A stretch of 64,000 nt of DNA, from NCBI GenBank assembly GCA_046563655.1, contig CM102286.1, forward strand, positions 7,440,001 to 7,504,000. Direction: 5' to 3'. A model generated the notes under the pieces. The model was not told where the DNA came from. It saw only the letters and a list, made by a program, of their open reading frames with translations, and did not search any database. The position numbers and the translations under genes were made by a program. This document shows positions 13,715-26,200 of this stretch, piece by piece; position 1 is the first letter of the stretch, and the number at the start of each line of letters is the position of its first letter. This DNA is from Yuukianura sp. NJ FZ-2021. Taxonomy: Eukaryota.

Positions 13715-15031
13715 CGTTATCACGGATAATTGAAAGTTGAATGGAATGGTGGAATGTATGACAAAGGCGACGTCGTTCTTACTTCTTGTCTGGCAGTCTT
13801 ACAGGGGAATGAAGAACCTCCGCTCCCTTATGTCTACAATGCAAGCAACAAAAACAGCGGTTAAAAACCAAATAGTAAACAAAGAAAATAAATTACTCTT
13901 TACCAGGTACTTATTGAAAAAGCAATTAGCCGAGTTTTGAGTTAATTACTACTAGGAAACTGCGGGCGCGGAGAGAGCAGTTACACAAAAATATTCGTAA
14001 GTGACTTCCTTTGACGTCAAAACCAAACCGAAGGTAGAGTCACTCTAGTTGAGGAAATAACAATTAGGTAGCATTTAGCACGCTTCGATTCTAATTCACA
14101 CCTAATAGTCACACTCACAATTAGTTTTTCAGTTTTAGTTTTATGACGTTCGTTTTGTGTAGCAGGTTAAGTCCTTATGAGACAGGATACTAATTATCCC
14201 ATACATTGACTACCAAAGTGGAGGAATGACGAACTGTGACACTGAGAGGTCGAGGTCAGAGAGGTCACGGAAACCCTCTGTGTCTGTCTACTCGCTGTCA
14301 TCATTCATTATTTAACTATCATTATAACTTATTACATTCAACTAACTCGAGGACTTAAATGGCAAGGTCAACAACCCCTACAGAACATTTTCATCCTCTG
14401 TTCAGTTGTTCAGTACACGGACTTGAATCTCGATTTATAATTGTCAAATGCGAAACCCGAATTAAGACTTCGCCGTTTCCAGTAACTATAATAAAGGAAG
14501 GAAGTGATGCCGAAGTCAATGACCTCCAAAACACACATCAATGATAAAGTTTACCACACACAAGACACAACTTACGTCTTTCCAAATCACAGGTCGCAGA
14601 AGGGAAAGCCTTTCGTGATGAGTGCCCGCTCTTTAGTATTTTATTGTTTACTTATCCCGTTAAAACAACAAGTAAACACAAACATTTTCTGTTATGACGA
14701 ATCAGCTGTTGATGTATCCAATGAATGTGTCAATGTCCTGTTACCTGTCTTTTTCGCACGATGATATGATGCCAAACTATAGATATAATTCAAAGTAATG
14801 CCTCTCCAACAAATCAAGACTTTTTCAAATGACGATTTAAGTTACGAACATTGCTGCTGATTGGATAAACGTCCAGTAGATTTTATAATGAGCTTTAATT
14901 GTATTAATTGTAATTAAAAACTGGATAACCGCTGGAAGAAATGGACATTCAGCATACAAAGCACAATCAAGCCTAGGACAAAGACAATACGATAAGTTGC
15001 GTTGCAACTTGCAAAATACAAAATGAAATTA

Positions 15032-15046
15032 CAGCGCCACCTACTG
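15032..15046 (-). promoter_or_regulatory. Candidate CTCF insulator motif
   Basis: Minus strand CAGTAGGTGGCGCTG matches the CTCF core consensus. It lies between the divergent RCBTB1 and GPCR genes. Confidence 0.45.
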
Positions 15047-15623
15047 TTCGACTATACGCAAGGTTTTTGTTACAGGCACAAATCTACGGCGTCAGTTGGA
15101 AGCTATTACTATTTTGAATTAATTGTAAAACTAATTATTAAGTAAAAAAAAAAAAACAAAACAAATAATCTAATAATATCGCGTGCATATTGCAACCCTA
15201 CGAATTTGAACCCGTAAAAGACTGAAGTGATTAAGTAATGTAATGTTGAAAGGAAGATATGGAATTTTTTTTTGAATTATGCACTAATTTATTTACTTTC
15301 ACTACCTAATGGTTTCGCTTTCACCTAATCTAAATCAAACACAAGCAGACGTTGCTTCCCACTGCATGAGTAGTAGCACTTATGCTCATTAAATTTAAGA
15401 TTATCTTACGTTAACTTCTAGCTCGTGAAAAGCACGGATGAAAGGCGTATAGGTAGAATCTTTACGCAGCGTTTACAGCCGTTTAACCATGCCCATGTTT
15501 GTTAATCCAGTTAAGCTGACGTTGACTAGCTGCTCCGCTTGACCTGAACGGTACCAAAACTAAACATTTTGTGTTATTGGCTGGAGTTGGGACGGTCAGC
15601 GCAAAACGTTTACAAAATCTGAA

Positions 15624-17573
15624 ATGTTTCGACATAGCTTCTGCTGTGACGCCGAGAATTCCAGCGACGTCGAAACGGCTGCAATTGAAAATTGTTCAAA
15701 GGATTTCCTCACTTGTTGTAGCCTAGCACCAGTCGAGTACGACTTTAACGTTTTCAGCCAAGGACTTGTTCCAATATACGGATGTGAGAGTCAAAGCGGA
15801 TATTTGGACAACTTATCCAGAAACGGAGATCGCAACTCCAGTAACAAAGTTGTTGACGACATCGACCTTAACATAGACTATTCAAAACTATATTTCCCAA
15901 ACGAAATTTGGTACGTCCAGATATTTACCGTAATACAAACAAAAAGTAATTTACAATAACCCTTATAAATTCAGGTACGTCAGGGAGACGTGGGAAATTG
16001 CTGTCAAAACTGCCGCAGTCATTCCACTTGTCATAATTGCCATTTTGGGCAATTTGGTAATTATGAAAGTCGTTCTAAGCAAAAAGGCTATGCGAAAAAA
16101 TCCAGTCAACTTGTTTATTTGCAACGTGGCAATTGCTGACCTACTCTGTACTTTGCTATTTCCGTGGATCTTCCTAATTTCCGACTTCTACCAAAGATTT
16201 GTTCTTGGCCCATTCATTTGCAAGGTTGAAGGATTCGTTTTGGGTAAATATTGTGAAAATTACCTTAAACTTACGGTATATTATTTCAAGCGTTGTAATA
16301 CTTTTGTACTTTGCAGTGACGCTAATGTTGTCAAGCGTATTTACTCTAACTGTTATTAGCGTTGATCGACTCGTCGCAGTCGTATTTCCTTTCAACTGCC
16401 GCATCAAACCCAAAACTGCCAAATGGATAATCGTCGCAATATGGATCCTTGCTTGTGGAATTTCGTCACCGTTGATAATATACAGATCGTACAAGGTAGA
16501 ACTAGGACGACAGCAGAGCTGTAAACTGAGTCCAACAAAACATATAAACCAAACACTCTAACCTAGGAGACATTATTATGTAGCAGGAATTACAAAATTG
16601 CATAAATGATTTTCAGGAACGGCAATGGCTAGATTTTCATGAAACGTGGTGTACTGAAGATATTCAGAAGCTAGAACCGTACTGGCTGGGATTGATAATT
16701 GTTTTGGTTTGGATCCCTTTGACGATTTTAACGATCTGTTACACTGGAATCGTCATCAAGGTAAAAACATAAAAATCGAACTTTTAGGCTACTAAAATGA
16801 TTAAAATGATTTTATATAAATATAATTAAAATGATTAAAACATAACTAAAAAACAATTAAAATGAACGCCAGTAATGGTTTTTCGTTTTGGTTTTGCCGT
16901 ATGTTCCCCATAATCTAGTTAGATACGCTGGAAAAGCGTCAGAAAAATCAGCCCATTACCCAAATCAAATCCAAATCGAAAATAATCCGGATGCTGTTTC
17001 TCGTAGTCCTTGTTTTTTCAATTTGCTGGATACCATTTACAGTAATGATTTTCATTCGAAACAACTTACATGACACACCAGAAGACGTGGAAGTAAGCTT
17101 ATTTAGACACTCTACTCAGATAAAACATAGATTTTTAGATCAAAGTGAAAGTCGCCTTTGCTTTGCTTCAGGTAACGGACTGGTTTCGGACACTTTTCTT
17201 TGTGTCACACTACCTTATGTTTGTCAACTGCGCAGTCAATCCCATCATTTACGGACTCCTCAACGACAACTTCAAGCGGGAACTGCGGAGTCAAGGCGTT
17301 CCGCCATGTTGCAAGAGGCAGACAAAAGTTGAAGTGTCAACTGTACTTCCAAATGGGCGGATTGGGGGTGTTCAGCATAATCAGGGCAAGAATACGGAGA
17401 AAACGAAATGGGAGAAAGCTGCAGAAAAGTATGGACTTGTTTTCTCCACAACGTCAACGTCCTCCACCATGCCAAATTTAAATGCTTTATACAGAAGGGA
17501 TTCAGCACTGCGTGATTTAGGCATTCCAGTTGCCGAACCAAAATCAGACAGTCTGTGCCCAACCAAATTTTAA
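15624..17573 (+). CDS. Rhodopsin-family (class A) GPCR, neuropeptide-receptor-like orphan; ~6 exons
   Basis: TM1 GNxxV, TM2 NLFICNVAIADLL, ECL1 LGPFICK, TM3 SVDRLVAVVFP, TM4 IW...SSP, TM6 FSICWIPF, TM7 NCAVNPIIYGLLNDNF. Confidence 0.9.
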
Positions 17574-18758
17574 GAACAACCCCTTAAAAAGCTTTAATTG
17601 GAGTTAACAATTCTTTGAACAGTCGGTAGTTTTACTTCTAAAAACTCTAAGCAGTAAAAGTTAAAAGAAAGTCGTGTAACGTTTAAATAACGTTGCTAAG
17701 ATTAAAAATAAATTCCTAGTGTATGCCTTCTGGTTCTAGTCAAGCCGATTATTCAATGAATGAATGTATAGCTCAATTAAAGTAGGTTTGGGAGGGGCCC
17801 ATCAAAACGTTGATCGCTGTCATGTAAATTTTTTGAAATAACCGCATTTTTTGTGTTATTGGACACGAAAAATCAGTGTCATTTGGGCCTCAAAAGTTTT
17901 GCCTCAAAGCACACAACAAAGTAAATTATTGGAAGTAATTCGGACAGCCTTCAACGTCAACTGAAGATTTGACATGACCTAACAGATTGGTTTGGTTCAC
18001 TTAAGCCTAGCCCAAGCATTATATAAAAAAAAAATGAGGCATCAGCTTAATAAAATGAAATGAAATGAGTGACATTGACATTTACATCTGGAATCTGTAC
18101 TCGCTGTACATGGTTTAGTGCAAACAGAAACAGCGGGGGGAGAAAGTGAGCGTCAAAAGCTGCTTGTTGAATCATTTCAGACGTTTTTTGAGCATTGATT
18201 GCTTTTGGCGTGTGGGTTGTTTGTAACGAAGCTGTCCCTGTGGTCCGACCGAGGAAAGTGAAAAGCGTGAAGAATTCGGGTGGACCCACTGAAGATAAAC
18301 TCTTGCGCAATGTGGCACCCATTGTCCAAGTACTAGTCCCTCGTCGACGGTTTATAGGCTTACCAACGATACGTCAACCTAACCTAACCAACTATAGTCT
18401 TATTGCCACGATAGTACATCGTACATTGGGACTATAGTGCCAAATACCACAACGAGCGAGGAGGAGATCTTAACCAAAACCTTCAAGAAACCAAGCAACA
18501 AGTTTTTTGTGACTGAAGCAACAAGAATTCGGAGGACAAGGACTGGCGGCGTCGTCACGAAAATTCAACATCCTGTTGCTTTTCCTTCTCTGCTCTCTGC
18601 TCCTCTGCACCCTCCTGCCCCTGTCTCTGTTCCTCTCCTTCCTGTCAAAATTACATTTCCAAAGTCATATTTTATGTCTCAGTTCACTAATTATTAATAC
18701 CAACTACAAACTAACTCATCTGTCACCGGCTTAGACTCTGTCATCTTCCGGAATCCGA

Positions 18759-21700
18759 ATGAATGGAATGGAGGATGACCAATACCTGGTAAGGATAGGA
18801 TTTTGTTTTTTTAAGGGCAGGGTGCCCGAGGCTTTGTTTTCGGTGTCAATCAGGCAGTTGGTTATACACAAAAGACTAAAAACTGTTGTAAGTCGCAATC
18901 TCTTCAAGGATTTTAGTTAGGAATGGATACTCTATCAATTCAAGGTGTTATAGGCTGTAAAGTACTAATTTATAGAGCATTTACGCATCGGTAGCCTGGG
19001 AAGTTTTTATAGGTATGTATGCTTTAGGAATTAGCAGTAGCTGTGAAAGCTTTCTTAATTACACATGAAATTCTGCTTGGATAAATCGCATTAATGACGG
19101 AGAACAGCTGAGAAGAAGCATCTAATTGGTAACTATCTTTTTAATTTCAGCGAAACGATTCAATGGCATCAACGAGTCCAACTCCGCCGGCGCAGACAAA
19201 TAACAATGATTCTAAGAAGATAAAATTGGCACAAAATCCACCTTCAAAGGTAAGTCTAGCATTGTTTTAACTGTTTTACACTAATACACTGTTAAGTCCT
19301 GATTATATTTTGTTTGCTTCAGGTGGTTCATATCAGGAACATACCAAGCGACGTGACAGAGACTGAGATTGTTCATTTGGGCATTCCGTTTGGTCGTGTC
19401 AATAATGTCCTCGTTCTCAAAGGAAAGAATCAGGCATTCCTGGAAATGTATGACGAAGCAGCGGCAGTTGCTATGGTTAGCTATTTTACAAGTTGTGCGG
19501 CACAACTACGGGGCAGGAGTGTCTACGTCCAATATTCTACGCATACAGAATTAAAAACTGATTCGAGTCACTCCAATGCGAATTCGGCGGCCCAGGTAAT
19601 GCCCATTATTACGCGTTACAGTGGCCAGATATCATGAAGCTATAACTATTATTTGCGTTGTTTTTGATAGGCTGCATTGGCAGCAGCACAAGCATTTGTT
19701 AGCGGAACGGCATTGACCAACTCCGCCCTTGTTGGACCAGGAGAAACTCAAGGTGGGCCGAACACGGTTCTCCGCGTTATCATTGACCAGATGATCTATC
19801 CTGTGACGCTCGACGTCTTGTACCAGATATTTTCTAGGGTTGGGAAAGTACTTCGGATCGTTACGTTTACGAAAGGCGGACTTTTTCAAGCATTAATTCA
19901 ATATCCAGATGTTGTAATGGCCCAGGCAGCAAAATTGGTAACATTCGGATTTCACTGGCTCAAAACTTGCTTAAAAGTGCTTGAATTTAATATCATCCAT
20001 TTTCTATTATCCTCCAGTCCTTAGACTCACAAAACATCTACAACAACTGCTGTACACTTCGAATCGAGTACAGCAAGCTGCCATCTCTGAACGTCCGTTA
20101 CAATAATGATAAGTCGCGAGACTACACTAATCCTACGTTGCCGACTGGAGAATCAATTGATCCGTACCTTTCGCTTCATGGCATCAACAACTTCCCTCTT
20201 GGACTTGGACTTAACGCAGGATTTGGCATCCAGGGCATTCAGGCAGCTGGATTCGGAGGAAATCATTTCCTCCAACCAACCCAGCTTGGCGTGAATAGAG
20301 CCAATGGTGGCTCACCGGCGTATATTCCAGGTCAGTGAATTTTCACACTTGAACGAAGTCGAAGAAGCATTAAAAGAAAAGTACTATAATTTTGTTGTTT
20401 TTTGTCCTTACAGGCTCTGTCCTGTTGGTCTCAAATTTGAACGAAGAGGTATGCCGATTAAATTAATTTTGTTTATTACGCTTTACGCGGGGCGTTATTA
20501 ACCGGATTTAAGCACGTATTATTGCATCGCTGCCTAAAGAAGCCTGTTAAAACTTTTTGCCGGAACTTTTATTAACTGCTCATTGGGATTCTCTTGTTCA
20601 TTATTTGCGCTTACGGTATTCAAACAAAGTTAAGATTTGAAGATTAACTTGTTCTTCCCTTAAATCAAACCGAAACGTGCAAAAGTAATAATAAAGCTTC
20701 AGAGGAAACATATAAAGTTGAAGTTTAGAAATCCGGTGGTATGTTGTTCAATTGCGGGTATCCACGTTAAAAATAATTTTAAGTAGTCAAACCGCTCATT
20801 GTCATTACGCAACAACGAAAATTCGTCGGTTAGTATAAAGTTTCTAATTAGTAGAACCCTCGAAAATGTGAGTTTTACGGTGCTCCACCGTCAAATCAAC
20901 GATAAAACGCGTGTTGCGGAATGAGGGGTTTACTTTATAACGTTTTCCGGCGTTACCTTTTAATTCTTAATTTTGCGCGCCATTGCTAAGCCCTGCTATG
21001 CGTTGTCCTTTTTATTCTCTCGTTACTATTTTGTGTTTTGTTTTTCTCTTCTGCAGTTAGTTTCACCTGATGGGCTCTTTACACTATTTGGTATGTTCTT
21101 GGTCTCTTTCTTCTATTGCTTCAATTTTTGTAATCCTTGTAATTGTTGTAATTGCGTAATCGCTACTTTCTAAGTCACCTTTCTAAAAATATAAGTGTCT
21201 GCAGTGGTGCTGTCTATTTTTCCCAAATTGTTAACTGTCTAGTCAGCATTGACTACTGACAACAAAGCAATTACAACCAAACGATATACAATTTTTCTAG
21301 ATTTATTCAGATGTACTATAAATGTGATCATTGACTAAAACGGCTACTTTCTCTGTACTGTGTGTTGCATATAATCCGTGCTTTTCTAATTGTCAAATTG
21401 CTTTTCAAGGCGTTTACGGTGATGTCACTCGCGGTGAAGATCCTGTTCAATAAGAAGGATTCTGCTCTTGTGCAGATGAGAGAACCTACACAAGCCCAGT
21501 TGGGTAAGCTGGACGATGTTTTCGGTATAATATTCATCAAACAATTTTTGTAATGTTCTTTTTGTTTGAATTTTCCAGCGATGTCTTACTTAGATCGACT
21601 CCGTTTGTTTTCCAAGCAAATTCGAGTATCCATTTCTAAACATGGGGCTGTCCAAATGCCAAAGGAAGGACAGCCAGACGCTGGTTTGACAAAAGACTAC

Positions 21701-22196
21701 ACGAACTCTTCGCTTCATCGCTTCAAAAAACCAGATTCTAAGAACTACCAAAATATTTACCCGCCGAGTGCTACGCTTCATTTGAGTAATATTCCGAGCT
21801 CCGTCGGCGATGAAGAGATCACGGATGCCTTCAAGGAGAAGGGATACACCGTCAAAGCATTTAAATTCTTCCCGTAATTTACACTTAGATAGCAATTACT
21901 TTTCTAAAACTAAAATTAATCTATACGAATTTCCAAATTTCAGGGCAAAAGACAGAAAAATGGCTTTGCTACAACTTAACTCTGTCGAGGAAGCCGCGGA
22001 GGTAAATAGCCAAAATCTTTTTTTGCAATGTCGAATTCGTTTTACTTGGGACTGCCAGCATCTTGATGTAGCGGTTTTTCTAGTAAATATTTTAACTAAA
22101 CATTTTCCTATTTTGTAGGCCCTCATCAAAATGCACAACCACCAACTTCGAGAGAACTCTCACCTTCGCGTCTCCTTTTCCAAATCCAACATTTGA
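18759..22196 (+). CDS. heph: Polypyrimidine tract-binding protein (4 RRMs); apparent +1 frameshift at ~21432
   Basis: RRM1 [21 protein letters not shown]2 [23 protein letters not shown]3 [43 protein letters not shown]4 [23 protein letters not shown]. Confidence 0.95.
21057..21090 (+). other. 34-nt cassette exon of PTB (RRM3), positional equivalent of vertebrate PTBP1 exon 11 / PTBP2 exon 10
   Basis: CTGCAG|TTAGTT...CTATTTG|GTATGT, encoding [11 protein letters not shown](G). Flanked by long introns with UCUU/CUCU-rich tracts. Confidence 0.85.
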
Positions 22197-23201
22197 ACAA
22201 CTTTTGACATCATAAGTATTATGTGCCTGTATTGTATTTGTGACTTCATTTTATCATTCATTTTCAAGTGTGTTTGTTTTGTTTTATACACAATTTTTTG
22301 GTTACGTTCATTAAAACGTTTTAAATTTTATTTTGAGTCTTCTTCCACCTTACTATTTTCATCCTTATTACAAAAGTATTAAAGCTGTTCGTTAGGATAC
22401 GATTTTAGGTGATTACTGTGATTGACAAGTTTCGGAAGTTAAAGACATTTCAACTTTTTGACCAAGTGAATGGATACAAAAGTCAGTGTGTTCGGATTCC
22501 GAACAGACCAAAACCCCCTCATAAGGTCGCATGATAAAATACTATTGAGGACGTTTGCTATCAACTAAATTTAAATCAACTGAGTTTAATTTCATGTTGA
22601 CACCATTTTCGTCGTGAGAATAAATGCAAACCGAAACTCTTGAAACTGTGTATAAAACAGATGTATGAAAACGGAAGCTACGATTGCGCTGAAGTTTATT
22701 AAGAATCCTGTTTAAAATGAACGCTGTTTGAACTCCGAAAGTTACGAAATACTTTTACACATCCTATCACATTTCTTTCTTTTCAAAATTGAGAAATTAC
22801 AGATTAGGATTTCTGCTAAGCAGAGTCTTGACCAGTCTCATTGAATTACAGACCAAGTTTGCCGGCCTTTTATAGTAAAGTTAAGCATCGAAAAAAAACT
22901 TTAGTACTAAAAGACAACCTAAATTACTAAAATGAGTTATAAATTAAATCCTTTATAAGACGAAAACAAGACTTCGGCGAAAATAGATAAATTCTAAAAA
23001 ATGAAACTGAGAAAACTTACAAATTTTAAGACTTGGTTACTAAAATTAATAAGAGGAACAATTCTAATGGTAAGTAACGCACCATCAGTGGACAAATCGG
23101 ACTCACAACATCACCATTATCACAAGTGATTGAATTGCTCTCGGTGCTTGAGACAAACAAATAACGCAAACTGGCTTATATACTTGACTTTTGGAATGTC
23201 T

Positions 23202-26200
23202 TCAGGCAACGAGAAGAGGCTCATCGTCAGAAAATCCGCGGATGACTGGAGAGTCCATTTCCTCTTCTGTAATATTAAATAAATTAGATAATCGATCAAT
23301 CTCAATTTTCTATGTATGAGAAGCTTATATCTTAGAATGAGTGAATTTGAAAGCACTACCGACTGATTGTTGAAATATCGCAGCACCAGAACTTGTGCTG
23401 TAATGCGAACTAGCAAAGTTTAGGAACGAAACTTGGAGTCTGCGATGGCGAACAAAGAACACTCCAAGTGCAGCCACCAGCAAGCTTATCACAATAACAA
23501 CAGTCACGATGATTCCGACAGCGTTGGTTTCACTCATCGATATTTCGCCGGGAGGTGTAGTGTCATCTAGAAGAGAAGATTGTTAGAGTTGAGAGCTCAT
23601 TTATGAGTTAACAGATATCAGCTTTACAGTTAAAGATTAGTTGAACATTACCCAAATATTGCATAGCAATATGCTCAGAGAGAATGGATTGCAAACCTTC
23701 AGCGTCCTTCACACTAACGGCAACGTAGTAAATCTGCAAGATTATCAAACAAAAAATAATTAACAGTTCAATTTACTGTTTTGGTGTTTAGTCAACCCGA
23801 CATTTCACCAGACCACCGGAAGTATCTACTTTGAAGTTGGATTTGCCACTGTCCAGCCAGCGCAATGTTATAATACCCTCCACTTTAGTATCAAATAGAC
23901 TTACATGCTCGCTTTCAACGCCATCCAGCTTTATGCTAGTTTCAGATGTGAAGAACGTCCTCGCCTTGGTAAATGACTCGTCTTCTGATAGCCATACGAC
24001 GTATGAAACACTAAAAAAAAGTTATAAAACAAATACTTTCAAAACTTCAAAAATTTCCAACTGTATAACTTTTCACTTACTTTCCCTTTCGCAAAACCTG
24101 CTGAGGGAGTTCCGGCGGCTCCCAGTAAACGGTGGGACCAGTGCACGCAGTACATTGGTGTAACATTCGTGGAGGTGGAATAGGAATTCCATCAAACATG
24201 GCAGGCTGAGATGGTCTGGCCCCGTTCACATTTGTTGATACTGTGACCCTAGAAGTCAAACAATGTTTCATTTCATCATCAGAGTGTTATAAACTCCTAC
24301 AAAGCAACTTTTCATGGCAACAAAAGTATCAATCTTACTCGTAGCGACCTCCGTAAGGAGCGATGATTTGGTAACTCAGTTTCGGCTTGCTTGAATTGAC
24401 GACATTGGTGGAGGCAAAAGTATGATTCAAATTCACCTCCCTGAAGTTCAGCTGAAGAAAGTAAATACTACGATAATCAGAAAAACCAACTAAGTTATCA
24501 AATATACGCAGCGCGAAATTGCAAAGTGAATGATCTTACGTTGTAGACAATTGGATTCCCAACAACAGCACAAGGTGCGTCCCAATTCAAAATGACTGAA
24601 GCATTAGCACCGCCTCCTGAAACTCGAAGATTCTTTGGCGGGGCTTTCTCATCCATGGCAGTTCTGATTTGTTTGTCAAATGATAATGGACCAACACCTC
24701 CATTCAGGCCAAATACACCTACCACCACAAAATAGTTCTCACAAGCTTCTAATTCTTTGAGGTAAGCTCTTGTCTCCTTTGTCTCCACTTGAAGTTCTGA
24801 AATGTTCAATCACAATTCATCATCAGCTCAACCTAAAATCAACTTTTATGAAAAAAAAAGTACTTACGCCTTGTAGTAATATCCGCAATAGATTTTCCAT
24901 ATACAACGATATACTTCCATGACTTCGATCTGTCGTCGACTACTGGTGTCCATGTCACAGTGACTAGATTCTTCGGAGATAAGACTAACTTCAGACCATC
25001 AACCTTTGGCAAAGGTTTGCCTAGTACGAAACAAAACCGAGTCAAACATAGCTCAGTTTAAAAATGTAAAAGACCCTTACCTTTGGTAGCAAATATCCCT
25101 TTGAATGGAGCTCCTTTAACATCATTGTGCACTGGTACTATAGTGTATCTGAATTTAGTTCCAGGCGGTAGTTTTTCAACTAAATTGGAAGAAAGAAGTA
25201 TGTTAATAGATGGTACAGAGTAGCATCGTTACTATTTGTATGTAGCTGATTTCCTTACTCGTGATTGAATTGATCTTTGAAAACAATTTCGTCGGAAAAT
25301 TGTAGGACCCGCCTAGACTTGAGTAGTTGATTTCATACCCGCTAACACCTTTAGGAGAAACTGTCCATTCAAGAGTTACAAACGAGTCGGAAGTAACTGA
25401 AAATAAAAACGTAGCGTTTAAGGTTATTCTGTTATTCATAAATTACGTTGAAAATAAGTACTACCTTTAACGCTTGCGTTGATAACTTCTGCGACATCAT
25501 CGTGGAAAACGTAACTAACAGCTTTAGACGGTTTGCTCGTGCCAAATCCATTGGTTGCAGTCACCTTAGAACAAACAGAAGATTATAATAAATGTCGATT
25601 GAATACACAAGATTAACAAAAAAAAATCAGTAAGTACCCAAAATGAGTAGTTGGTTCCGGGAATGAAGTTCGGGTTTAACGGTTTGTTGGGAAGGCATAT
25701 CTTCTCGGTAAGAGAAACGACAAAGACCGGAGGAGTAGGCGGAGTGAAGTAGACGGAGTATTTCGTGATGTCACCGTTTGGAGTCGAAGGACGATTCCAA
25801 CTAACACACAGGTTGGAGACGTCAGGCTGATAGACAGTCAAATTGTATGGTGGACTGGATTCTGAGCATAAAAATTACCAAAACAAGATTAATATTTTGT
25901 TCTTTGTTCATAGCAAGAAATAGGAAACTTGTAATCCAGTCTCACCTCCTTCTAAAGTTACAAAATGCGAATAAACTGCAGGAGGATAAACTTCGTCCCC
26001 GCGACGCACGTAAACAGTGGCAGAATAATTCGTGAAACGCTTCGTTGCTTCACTTCCAAGTTCAAATCTTCTCTGCTTAGTCCATGATGTTGCGTTTCGA
26101 CAAATATGTGACACAACTTCACAGTAGGAAGGTAAAAACTCCAACGGTCCGGTCGCGGTACTCGGCAGCCACCACTCGAAAAATGTGTTGTAACCCTCCA

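Noticed and set aside
16794..16865. TAAAATGAT short repeats in a GPCR intron
   Set aside because: Low-complexity AT-rich slippage with no further structure.
18047..18697. ORFs upstream of PTB
   Set aside because: Mostly non-ATG starts and no recognisable domains; probably promoter/5'UTR sequence.
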